Shown: piece by piece, positions 55,635-64,000 of the stretch | Layout: every line of letters begins with the position of its first letter | Numbering within the stretch: position 1 is the first letter of the stretch | The notes under the pieces: generated by a model | Database searches by the model: none | Seen by the model: only the letters and a program-made list of their open reading frames with translations | Told to the model about the DNA's origin: nothing | Translations under genes and position numbers: made by a program | Source of the DNA: a virus | Strand: one strand, 5' to 3' | Virus record (IMG/VR): IMGVR_UViG_3300045999_008055 | DNA length: 64,000 nt

Positions 55635-58221
55635 CCTTCGCGCTGATAAAGATCTATCTTCAAAATTTGAAGATCTAGATTTAGGCTTACATGGAGTAAG
55701 ACTTCCAGAGTTTAATATTGAATCTTCAGCGAAAAGGCATCTTAATCTTAGTGAGGATGTTTTAAATTATGATTTTCTTAGAGCATTAGCCTTAAATGGA
55801 TTTAAAGATCTAAAGATAGATAAAAGTCTGCCAGAATATAAAAAATATGTAGATCGCGCTAAATACGAATTAGATACATTAAAAGAACTTGGATTTATTG
55901 ATTATATTTTATTAGTTTGGGATGTTATTAACTTTTGTAAAACTAATAATATTCCTGTTGGTTTAGGTAGAGGTTCTGCCGCAGGGTCTCTAATTCTTTA
56001 TCTTATAGGGGTGACAAGAATAGATCCAGTTAAATATAACCTTTATTTTGAAAGATTTATATCCAAGATTCGAGCTAAAAAGCAGGTTGTTGATGGGGTA
56101 ACGTACTTAGATGGTAGTTTAATGTGCGACGTAGATCTTGACATTTGTTACTATAATCGTCATAAAGTATTGGAGTATCTTGAGAATAAATTTAAAGGCA
56201 AAACAAGTAAGATTTTAACTCTTAATACCCTTAGCGGAAAATTACTCATAAAGGAATGTGGTAAAATTGTAGGCGAGAAAACTGAAGAGGAAATGACTAC
56301 GATATCTTCTTTGATCCCAAAAGTATTCGGTCAAGTTAAAGACATAACAACTGCCTATAAAGAAGTATCTAAATTTCAAGAATGGTGCGATGAGAATAAA
56401 GAAGTATACGAAATAGCACTAAAACTAAGAGATTTAATTAAAAATAAAGGCGTACATCCATCTGGCGTGTTGCTTTCTTACGATGATTTAGAAAAAGTAT
56501 GTCCAACAGAATTTTCTTCTGATAAAGAACCTGTTTCAAGTTTTGATATGAATTGGGTAAGTTTATTTAATATTAAACTAGATATTTTAGGTTTAAGAAG
56601 CGTATCTGTAGTTCATGATGTATGCAAAAATATAGGAATAAAAGTTGAAGATATCAATCTAAATGACGAATCAATTTATAGAAATCTTCAAGACCTAAGA
56701 AGTCCACATGGATTATTCCAAATTGAGGCAGATACAAATTTTAAAGTTTGCCAAAAAGTAAAACCAAAAAATCTAGAAGAACTTAGTGGGGTTCTTGCGT
56801 TAGCTAGACCTGGAGCGCTTCAATTTGTTGATAAGTATGCAAAATATACAAATACAGAAGATTATGAGAGCATTCACCCATTCTTTGATGAGATTCTAAA
56901 ACAAACTGGTGGAGTTGCACTTTATCAAGAGCAATTGATGCAAATGGCCCACAAGATTGGATTTACGCTCGATGAAGCAGAAATCTTAAGAAGAATCGTG
57001 GGTAAGAAGAAGATCGAAGAGATTAAAGCATGGCAAAAGAAAATTGATGCAAAAATAAAACAAAATAAATTACCAAAAGAGGTCGGAGATATCTTATGGA
57101 AGATCATGGAAGACTCTGCAAATTATTCATTTAATAAATCTCATTCACTTGCATATGCAGCTTTGGCCGCGGTTACAATTTATCTTAAATTTAATTATCC
57201 ACAACAATTTTTCTTATCCTTATTAAAGATGAGCAGAAATGAACCAGACCCAATTGGTGAAATATCTAAAATTCAAAAAGAAATGCATGAATTTAAAATT
57301 GAATTATTACCACCCCACATCATTAAATCTGATATGGATTTTTCTATTGAAGATAGAGATATTAGATTTGGCTTACTTTCTATCAAGGGAATATCAGATA
57401 AATCAATTGAGAAACTAAATAGTTTTAGGAATAAATATTCTAATAAATTTGAAATTTTTCAAGCGGCAGAAGAAGCAGATCTAAACATTGGAGTTTTATC
57501 TGCCTTAATTCAAGCTGGAGCATTAAGTGGATTTAAACAATCAAGATCTAAAATAGTTTTAGAAGCTCAATTATGGAACATTTTAACCTCTAAAGAAAAG
57601 AAATATGCTATTTCATTTGCAGAGAAATTTGATTATGATCTAATTAAAATCATTAAACATTTAAATAAATTTACAGATGAAAAAAATCATATAGTCGTTA
57701 AAGATAATAGACTTAAAACAATAAAAAATAAATATGATCCATATTTAAAGATATACAATCAAAATAGTAAGAGTGAAAGTTTTGCAAATTGGTATTATGA
57801 AAAGAGATTATTAGGTTATACTTATAATAAGAATCTAAAAGAAATATTTTCAGAGAAAAGAGAGAATCTAATACATATATCCGATATATCTGATATACCT
57901 TTAAATACAAAAATTGCATTTGTTGGTCAAATTGACGATGTATTCTCTGGAGTTTCAAAAAATGAAAAGAAAACTAGATATGTTCGACTTAAGATTTCTG
58001 ATGAAACTGGATATATTAATACGTTAATATTTAACGATAATATTGAAAATAATAAATTATTAAATAATAGGAATTTTGAAGAAGGAAATATTGTTATAGT
58101 TAAAGGATTAAAGAAAGATGATTGTATATTTGGCGATCTTGTCGCGATCCAAGACCAAGAAATATATATGAAATTAAATGATCTAAAGAAAATAGTTGAC
58201 AATACTAATAATAAAGAGTAA
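55612..58221 (+). CDS. dnaE: DNA polymerase III alpha catalytic core lacking the PHP domain
   Basis: GRGSAAGSL, FERF, DVDLD, HPSG, KLDILGL, GLFQIE, RPG, YQEQ, YSFNKSH, IRFGLLSIKG and a C-terminal OB fold. Confidence 0.95.
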   Translation: MMKENLNNLRADKDLSSKFEDLDLGLHGVRLPEFNIESSAKRHLNLSEDVLNYDFLRALALNGFKDLKIDKSLPEYKKYVDRAKYELDTLKELGFIDYILLVWDVINFCKTNNIPVGLGRGSAAGSLILYLIGVTRIDPVKYNLYFERFISKIRAKKQVVDGVTYLDGSLMCDVDLDICYYNRHKVLEYLENKFKGKTSKILTLNTLSGKLLIKECGKIVGEKTEEEMTTISSLIPKVFGQVKDITTAYKEVSKFQEWCDENKEVYEIALKLRDLIKNKGVHPSGVLLSYDDLEKVCPTEFSSDKEPVSSFDMNWVSLFNIKLDILGLRSVSVVHDVCKNIGIKVEDINLNDESIYRNLQDLRSPHGLFQIEADTNFKVCQKVKPKNLEELSGVLALARPGALQFVDKYAKYTNTEDYESIHPFFDEILKQTGGVALYQEQLMQMAHKIGFTLDEAEILRRIVGKKKIEEIKAWQKKIDAKIKQNKLPKEVGDILWKIMEDSANYSFNKSHSLAYAALAAVTIYLKFNYPQQFFLSLLKMSRNEPDPIGEISKIQKEMHEFKIELLPPHIIKSDMDFSIEDRDIRFGLLSIKGISDKSIEKLNSFRNKYSNKFEIFQAAEEADLNIGVLSALIQAGALSGFKQSRSKIVLEAQLWNILTSKEKKYAISFAEKFDYDLIKIIKHLNKFTDEKNHIVVKDNRLKTIKNKYDPYLKIYNQNSKSESFANWYYEKRLLGYTYNKNLKEIFSEKRENLIHISDISDIPLNTKIAFVGQIDDVFSGVSKNEKKTRYVRLKISDETGYINTLIFNDNIENNKLLNNRNFEEGNIVIVKGLKKDDCIFGDLVAIQDQEIYMKLNDLKKIVDNTNNKE

Positions 58222-58224
58222 TAT
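58196..58224 (+). promoter_or_regulatory. Sigma70-like promoter
   Basis: TTGACA-17 nt-TAATAT, ending 7 nt before ATG 58232. Confidence 0.7.
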
Positions 58225-58231
58225 ATTTATT

Positions 58232-58774
58232 ATGATATCATTTTATAAACCAAATAGTAAAAATACAGGTACGGCTTGTAGTTTTAGCGTAAATTCAAAA
58301 GAAGGCTCAATCTGGAGTTCTTTAATTAAACAGAGTTCTTGGAATGAAGCCACGAAAACTGGTTCGTTCTCTGATAATAGAGATAATCCTCAAAAAAGTG
58401 CTAGAGTTAAATTCTCTCAAACAGAGGTCGCTGGCTTACTTGAAGCTCTTGATAAAAATGTAGAATTTTCTGCTTATCATTCTTCTGATAAACAAATTAC
58501 AAAAATTAAATTTTCACCTTATATTAAAGATAATAAACAAGTCGGCTTCTCTTATAGTGTTAATAAGGAAAGTAAAGAAAATATAGAGAATAAACAATCA
58601 TTTTTGCTTGGCTTCTATTTTAGCGAAGCTAGACTACTAAGAGAGTTCTTGGTTCATTCTTTACATTCAATATTTAAAGCTCAAGAAGTTGAAGCAATTA
58701 AAAAATTTAAAAACTCAAAATCATCTCAAGAATCAAATAAATCTAACGCCGAAGAAGATGGCGAACTTTGGTAA
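58232..58774 (+). CDS. Putative ssDNA-binding protein (Whirly/PC4-like pattern) with an acidic tail
   Basis: Duplicated beta-beta-beta-alpha pattern (VKFSQTEVAGL; FYFSEARLLREF); C-terminal EEDGELW; replication context. Confidence 0.4.
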   Translation: MISFYKPNSKNTGTACSFSVNSKEGSIWSSLIKQSSWNEATKTGSFSDNRDNPQKSARVKFSQTEVAGLLEALDKNVEFSAYHSSDKQITKIKFSPYIKDNKQVGFSYSVNKESKENIENKQSFLLGFYFSEARLLREFLVHSLHSIFKAQEVEAIKKFKNSKSSQESNKSNAEEDGELW

Positions 58775-60705
58775 TTGTGTCTCGCAAGAAGAAAATAGTC
58801 TATCAATCTGATTTCTCTCTTGCCAAAACTGGTTTTGGTAGAGCAGCAAAAGCTCTTTTAACTTTCTTATATAAAACTGGAAAGTATGATATAGTACATT
58901 ATTGTTGCGGATTGCAATATTCAAATCCAGAACTTAAAAAGACTCCTTGGAAGTCCATAGGTTCATTGCCAGATAATCCACAAGAAATAGAACAATTAAA
59001 TAAAGATCCAAATATAGCTAGACTAGCAAGTTATGGCTCGCATTATCTGGATAGAGTTATTCAAGAAGAGAAGCCTGATGTTTATATAGCTGTTCAAGAT
59101 ATTTGGGGTATAGATTTTGCTATTGATAAAAAATGGTTTAATAAGATTTCTTCGGTATTATGGACTACTTTAGATTCTTTACCGATTCTTCCTTCTGCGG
59201 TTGAAAAAGCTCCAAAAATCAAAAATTATTGGATATGGAGTGATTTCGCTACAAAAGCATTACATGAACTTGGGCATAAACATGTAAAAACTTTACATGG
59301 ACCTCTTGATGTTTCTAATTTTTACAGATTAGAAAATTACAGAAGAGAAGAGATTAGGAAAAAATATAATATCCCCTTAGATTCTTTTATTATAGGATTT
59401 GTATTTAGAAACCAACTTAGAAAAAGTGTCCCCAATCTTTTAGAAGGATATTCCTTATGGAAAAGATCTAACCCTCAAATTAAAAATACTTTTTTACTTT
59501 TACATACTCATTGGAGTGAGGGATGGAACATACCTAAATTATCAAAAGAATATGGAATTGATCCAAGAGAAATCTTAACAACCTATATTTGTAAAAAATG
59601 TGGCGAGTATGAAATTAAAAATTTTCATGGACAAGATGTAGACTGTAGATTTTGTAAGAGTGAAAAAAGTCAAGTAACTACTAATGTAGGGATAGGAGTA
59701 ACAGAAGAACAATTAAATGAGGTCTACAATCTAATGGATGTATATTGTCATCCATTTACAAGTGGAGGTCAAGAGATACCAATTCAAGAAGCAAAACTCA
59801 CAGAGTTAATTACATTGGTAACAAATTATTCTTGCGGAGAGGAAATGTGTCAAGAATCAGCTGGGTCTTTTGAATTAGAATGGAGTGAATATAGAGAGCA
59901 TGGAACAGAATTTATAAAAGCTTCTACCAAACCTAATTCTATAGCTAAACAAATAAATAAAGTCTATAATATGTCCATTCTAAAAAGAAGAGAAATGGGA
60001 ATAAAAGCTAGAGAATGGACTATACAAAATTATGCAGTTGAAAACATAGCAAAAGAGATTGAAAAGTTTATAGATCAATCAGAATACACAACTTACGACT
60101 TCTCTCTCAAGGAAGAAGATAAAGATCCATTTCATCAAATTCCAGAGATAAAAAATGATAGTGAATGGATAACTTATATGTATCATAATCTTTTAAAGAT
60201 GAAAGATATTAATGGAGATGATGATGGACATAAATATTGGATGACAGAGATTTCAAAAGGAGCAAAAAGACAAGACATAGAAAATTATTTTAGAAATGTT
60301 GCCGCACAAGAGAATCAAAAGAATAAAAAAATAGATTTTTCAGATCTTTTAGATAAAGATGACGAAGGAAGAAGGATTATATATGTAATGCCCGAGAGTA
60401 TTGGAGATATATATATTTCAACTTCTTTGTTTGAAAATATTAAAAAACAATATCCTAATCATAATCTATATGTAGCAACAAAGCCCGAATATTTTGAAAT
60501 ACTCGAAGGAAATCCTCACATACATAAATTATTACAATTTATACCTCAGATGAATCAACTGCTATGGCTAGAAGGAGCTGGAGAACATAAAGGATACTTT
60601 GAAGTCGCCTTTCTTCCTCATGCAGGAACACAATTATTTTTAGATTATATACATAATGGTAAGACTAATATACAATTCAATATAAAGGATGAAATATGCA
60701 CTTAA
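58768..60705 (+). CDS. Multidomain glycosyltransferase: GT4 with zinc-ribbon insert plus the N-terminal half of a GT9
   Basis: TGFGR, RNQLRK, CKKC..CRFC and SGGQEIPIQEA; tail ESIGDIYISTSL..IKKQYP...LEGNPHI. Confidence 0.8.
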   Translation: MVIVSRKKKIVYQSDFSLAKTGFGRAAKALLTFLYKTGKYDIVHYCCGLQYSNPELKKTPWKSIGSLPDNPQEIEQLNKDPNIARLASYGSHYLDRVIQEEKPDVYIAVQDIWGIDFAIDKKWFNKISSVLWTTLDSLPILPSAVEKAPKIKNYWIWSDFATKALHELGHKHVKTLHGPLDVSNFYRLENYRREEIRKKYNIPLDSFIIGFVFRNQLRKSVPNLLEGYSLWKRSNPQIKNTFLLLHTHWSEGWNIPKLSKEYGIDPREILTTYICKKCGEYEIKNFHGQDVDCRFCKSEKSQVTTNVGIGVTEEQLNEVYNLMDVYCHPFTSGGQEIPIQEAKLTELITLVTNYSCGEEMCQESAGSFELEWSEYREHGTEFIKASTKPNSIAKQINKVYNMSILKRREMGIKAREWTIQNYAVENIAKEIEKFIDQSEYTTYDFSLKEEDKDPFHQIPEIKNDSEWITYMYHNLLKMKDINGDDDGHKYWMTEISKGAKRQDIENYFRNVAAQENQKNKKIDFSDLLDKDDEGRRIIYVMPESIGDIYISTSLFENIKKQYPNHNLYVATKPEYFEILEGNPHIHKLLQFIPQMNQLLWLEGAGEHKGYFEVAFLPHAGTQLFLDYIHNGKTNIQFNIKDEICT

Positions 60706-61835
60706 TTGAAAGATATGCAACTTCTTGCGGAGTAAAGATAGGAAAGCCCTATATTTACGAAACATTTTTCCCTATACCTGTTGAAAAATACATATCTTTT
60801 CAACCTTTTAGTAAATATCAATCAAAAAATTATGATTATTGGGATGAAGTCATCGCAATGATTTCTCCGTATTTAAATGAACAAAATATAAAAATTATAC
60901 AAATTGGCGCAAAAGACGATAAACATATTAATGGAACAATTAATCTATCTGGACAAACAAAGATATCTCAAGCCGCTTATATAGTTAATAACTCAATTTT
61001 GCATTTGGGCGCAGATAGTTTTGCGGCTCATATTGCTTCAGGCTTTAATAAGAAGATAGTATGCATCTATTCAAATAATAATATTAATAATGTAAAACCT
61101 TATTGGTCAAAATCACAGGACTTAGTATTATTAAAACCAAATACAGATAAGAAACCTCAATACTCTGCTAATGAATTCCCAAAAAGTATAAATAATATTA
61201 AACCAGAAGAAATAGCCAAAGGAGTTTTAGACTTACTAAATATAACATATAAAAAGACTCCCAAGACTATCTATATTGGAGATGATTACAAATCAAAAAC
61301 ATTTGAAATTATTCCAGATAAACCAATTAATATTTCTTCAATTAATATAGAGACATTTATTATTAGAATGGATTATCATTTTGATGAACAAGTTTTGGAA
61401 TATTACTTACAGAATAGAAAATGTATTATTATTACGAATAAACCTATTAATGAGAATCTCTTAAAACAATATAAGAATAATATAGTACAATTCGTTTATT
61501 TGGTTGAGAATGATAACGATTCAAAATTTATTAAGATTCTAAAGAATAACACTATAAATACAGTTTATATGTCATATCTTAATGAGGATGAATTAAATCA
61601 ATTTAAATTAGACTATATGGATTATGGTTTAATTATAAGAAGAGATTATCCTAAAGATCATATAAATTTTGCAGATAATATTTATTTCAAATCTTCTAGA
61701 ATTATTTTATCTTCAGAAGGGCAATTTAATACTAAATATCAATGGTTAACCAAAGACTTATCAAATAAATATATAGAGAATAAAGAACTACAAAAAGAAT
61801 TAAATAATCTTTATATCTTTTCTCTTGACCAGTAA
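60696..61835 (+). CDS. GT9-like C-terminal domain protein
   Basis: KNYDYW, IIQIG, NLSGQT and HLGADSFAAHIAS. Confidence 0.75.
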   Translation: MHLIERYATSCGVKIGKPYIYETFFPIPVEKYISFQPFSKYQSKNYDYWDEVIAMISPYLNEQNIKIIQIGAKDDKHINGTINLSGQTKISQAAYIVNNSILHLGADSFAAHIASGFNKKIVCIYSNNNINNVKPYWSKSQDLVLLKPNTDKKPQYSANEFPKSINNIKPEEIAKGVLDLLNITYKKTPKTIYIGDDYKSKTFEIIPDKPINISSINIETFIIRMDYHFDEQVLEYYLQNRKCIIITNKPINENLLKQYKNNIVQFVYLVENDNDSKFIKILKNNTINTVYMSYLNEDELNQFKLDYMDYGLIIRRDYPKDHINFADNIYFKSSRIILSSEGQFNTKYQWLTKDLSNKYIENKELQKELNNLYIFSLDQ

Positions 61836-61853
61836 TAAAAATTACAGTATCAT
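61825..61853 (+). promoter_or_regulatory. Sigma70-like promoter
   Basis: TTGACC-17 nt-TATCAT, ending 7 nt before ATG 61861. Confidence 0.65.
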
Positions 61854-61860
61854 TATTAAA

Positions 61861-62664
61861 ATGAGCCCAAAAATTAAAGAAAATCAAGAGACTATTACGA
61901 TAGGTAGTTCAGAGTTAAATAACATTGATATACTAAGTGAGCCAAGTAAAGCTATAGAAGAGGTTCAGATTCCACCAAAAATAATTACCAGAAATAAATA
62001 TGGTTTGTTAGAGAATAAAAATATAAATTATATCTATAATGAAGATGGTTCTATTAATTGGCGTAAGATGGTAAAGACAGAGTATCTTGTTCCAAATCGT
62101 CAAAAGACACAAGAAACAGATGTATCAAAATTAGAAGATAAAGACCTATTAATTCTATTAGGTGGTATTAAAGAATTAGCTCAAATTAGAGGTTATTCAA
62201 AGGTTGAATACAAAGTAGTTACCGCTTCTGAGAATTATTTTGCCACAAGCTGTAGAATTACTTGGATGCCAAACTATGAAACCGATGGCAGAGAAATTAT
62301 CTTCGAGGCTCTGGCTGATGCGACATCTAGTAATACAAAATCTTTCGCTCGCTTCTTTCTTGCAGCAATAGCTGAGAACAGAGCTTTTGTTCGTTGTGTA
62401 CGTAACTTCTTAAAAATTAATATCGTTTCTCAAGAGGAACTAGGAGACGCTAAACTCCTTGATGAATCTCCCTCCGTACAGGAGAATCCAACTTCTCCTC
62501 ATGTTTTACTAGAGAAAGTCATGAAAGAAAAAGGAATTTCTTTTGACCAATTAAAAAAGAAATTAATTAAAGAAAAATTTGAAAATGCAGAAAATATTAA
62601 TAATATATCAGATATATCGAAGAGCAAAATCTTTGAACTTATTGAAAGGATAAAGAATGTATGA
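61861..62664 (+). CDS. Putative single-strand annealing protein (Rad52/RecT/Erf superfamily)
   Basis: LGGIKELAQIRG and AIAENRAFVRCVRNFL..VSQEEL resemble the conserved annealase helix. Confidence 0.55.
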   Translation: MSPKIKENQETITIGSSELNNIDILSEPSKAIEEVQIPPKIITRNKYGLLENKNINYIYNEDGSINWRKMVKTEYLVPNRQKTQETDVSKLEDKDLLILLGGIKELAQIRGYSKVEYKVVTASENYFATSCRITWMPNYETDGREIIFEALADATSSNTKSFARFFLAAIAENRAFVRCVRNFLKINIVSQEELGDAKLLDESPSVQENPTSPHVLLEKVMKEKGISFDQLKKKLIKEKFENAENINNISDISKSKIFELIERIKNV

Positions 62665-62819
62665 ATAAAGAAGATCAAGAATCAAGTTACACTTTCTCTT
62701 TAACTCTAAAAGAAGTAGAGGCTCTATTTAAATATCTATCTCGTACAGAGTTAAAAGGAGTTGAAGTACCAGAATTTAATAATATCTTGAATATCTTTAA
62801 GATAAAGAAAGATGATTAA
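62661..62819 (+). CDS. Small hypothetical protein (52 aa)
   Basis: MNKEDQESSYTFSLTLKEVEALF...; overlaps both neighbours. Confidence 0.6.
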   Translation: MNKEDQESSYTFSLTLKEVEALFKYLSRTELKGVEVPEFNNILNIFKIKKDD

Positions 62820-63660
62820 TAAAATTTTATCTTTTTTTAAAAAAGATGATCCAGAGATAGAATTCTATTCTATAATTCCTGGCTTAGAAGAAGTAAGTCA
62901 ACCAATTAAAGCCTTTCACGACGAGAATCCTTCTTGGCTAAAGAATAGATTAGAAAAAACCAAGATCTATATTGACGATTTTCACGATAACAAGAATTTA
63001 AATCCAAAAGGTAATACTTTCTTTGTTGAAAAATGTCCTGGCATTAGATCTATAATGAACGAGGGAATTCATTTAAAAACTTGGCAAGATATAAGAGTTA
63101 CCTTAATATCAAATGATGATGATGGTAAATTTCTTATAGAAACTCCTACTCCAGCTGGAAATCTTAAAAATGGACAATTTATAAATCCAGAAGTTCAATC
63201 TCATAATGGTAATCAATTTCCAGAATTTGCGAGAAGTAGAGAAGATACATGGCCGCATTTATTAAAAATTATGTCTAATTGGAGAGTGAATATGAATAAA
63301 GATTGGCAATTAATGTTATTACCAGTATATTATTCTAATACTTCTAATTTATTCTCAGCTGTTCCAGGAATATTTAATCCAGAATTTGGAAGTCATCTTA
63401 ATATAAATATACAAATTCATAGAAAAGCTCCGTTCTCCTTCTTAATTCCGGCTGGAACATCTATAGTTAAAATGATTCCTATAAAGAAAAATAATAATTT
63501 TAATTTTAATGTAAGGAAAGTAACAGATAACGATATTTTTAAAGAAGAGGCGACTTTGGCTTTATTAAAGAAGAGATATATATCTTCTAGGAAAGATCAA
63601 ATAAACGATCTAAATAAATTAAGAAGTTCCATATCAAAATGTCCATTCTTTCATAAATGA
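62812..63660 (+). CDS. Phage hypothetical protein
   Basis: 282 aa; KCPGI...G..L..W.D and VPGI...IPAGT pattern. Confidence 0.6.
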   Translation: MINKILSFFKKDDPEIEFYSIIPGLEEVSQPIKAFHDENPSWLKNRLEKTKIYIDDFHDNKNLNPKGNTFFVEKCPGIRSIMNEGIHLKTWQDIRVTLISNDDDGKFLIETPTPAGNLKNGQFINPEVQSHNGNQFPEFARSREDTWPHLLKIMSNWRVNMNKDWQLMLLPVYYSNTSNLFSAVPGIFNPEFGSHLNINIQIHRKAPFSFLIPAGTSIVKMIPIKKNNNFNFNVRKVTDNDIFKEEATLALLKKRYISSRKDQINDLNKLRSSISKCPFFHK

Positions 63661-64000
63661 AAACGGCAATAGTAACTTATTATTGGTTCGAGCCTTCATA
63701 TAAAGAAGCTTTTGAAAAAGTTGTTGTGCCACGTTTGAATTTTTTAGCTAACAAATGGAATGCAGAATTAATTATTGAAAATAGAATAGATAAAAATTTA
63801 AAAAATGAAGATTGGCCAGAAAATTACGAATTAAATCAATATAATAAGTCCTTAATACTAAAAAATATAATAGGAAAATTTGATAAAACTTTATGTATAG
63901 ATGCTGATATGGTAGTGTCCAGAAAAATTCCTAATATTTTTGAGATATATGAAGATGGATATTTCTATGCGGTTTTAGACGGAGCAGCTGGAGATGAATA
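63657..64000 (+). CDS. GT-A glycosyltransferase (GT8-like), partial
   Basis: Manual translation MKTAIVTYYW...FDKTLCIDADMVV...PNIFE; open to the window edge. Confidence 0.7.
   Translation, partial: MKTAIVTYYWFEPSYKEAFEKVVVPRLNFLANKWNAELIIENRIDKNLKNEDWPENYELNQYNKSLILKNIIGKFDKTLCIDADMVVSRKIPNIFEIYEDGYFYAVLDGAAGDE

Noticed and set aside
4418-58924. Short antisense or nested ORFs in the ORF track (e.g. 4418-4735, 5615-5818, 15999-16238, 19510-19734, 24017-24451, 26836-27069, 29507-29764, 56925-58202)
   Set aside because: They lie within well-supported genes on the other strand or frame and have shadow-like composition.
26614-61860. Upstream TTG starts given in the ORF track at 26614, 58196 and 61825 (also 35760 and 15690)
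   Set aside because: These TTGs coincide with or abut promoter elements; downstream ATGs at 26668, 58232, 61861, 35766 and 15672 fit better.
1-64000. Stop-codon reassignment, as in some large phages
   Set aside because: Conserved genes are full length under the standard code, and TAA, TGA and TAG all act as stops.

Overview
This 64-kb window reads as part of a large, very AT-rich tailed bacteriophage genome (jumbo-phage style, standard genetic code, densely coded, many ATGA/ATGAATAA overlaps). No ribosomal or housekeeping operons are present. From left to right: (1) a string of tiny ORFs; (2) a nucleotide-metabolism block (purA, an IMPDH/GMP-reductase-family enzyme, dCMP deaminase, dNMP kinase, class Ia nrdAB) with a phage sigma factor; (3) an RNA locus with an unassigned ~320-nt structured RNA, a tmRNA and two HNH/His-Me endonucleases; (4) probable virion, fibre and internal-head genes with adjacent glycosyltransferase/sulfotransferase genes, Hsp20 and a Dps-like protein; (5) a ~20-kb nucleotide-sugar and glycosyltransferase cluster (split ThDP enzyme, PanB, ColD-like and RfbH-like 3-dehydrases, RmlB, Gmd); (6) a replication block (RecA, DnaB, ThyX, primase, Cas4-like nuclease, a DnaE split into PHP, DEDDh exonuclease and polymerase-core genes, and an annealase). 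Three promoter classes are visible: sigma70-like promoters that imply leaderless mRNAs, a recurrent GTGTAA element, and one sigma54 promoter. All family assignments come from motif recognition by eye; no database search was run.
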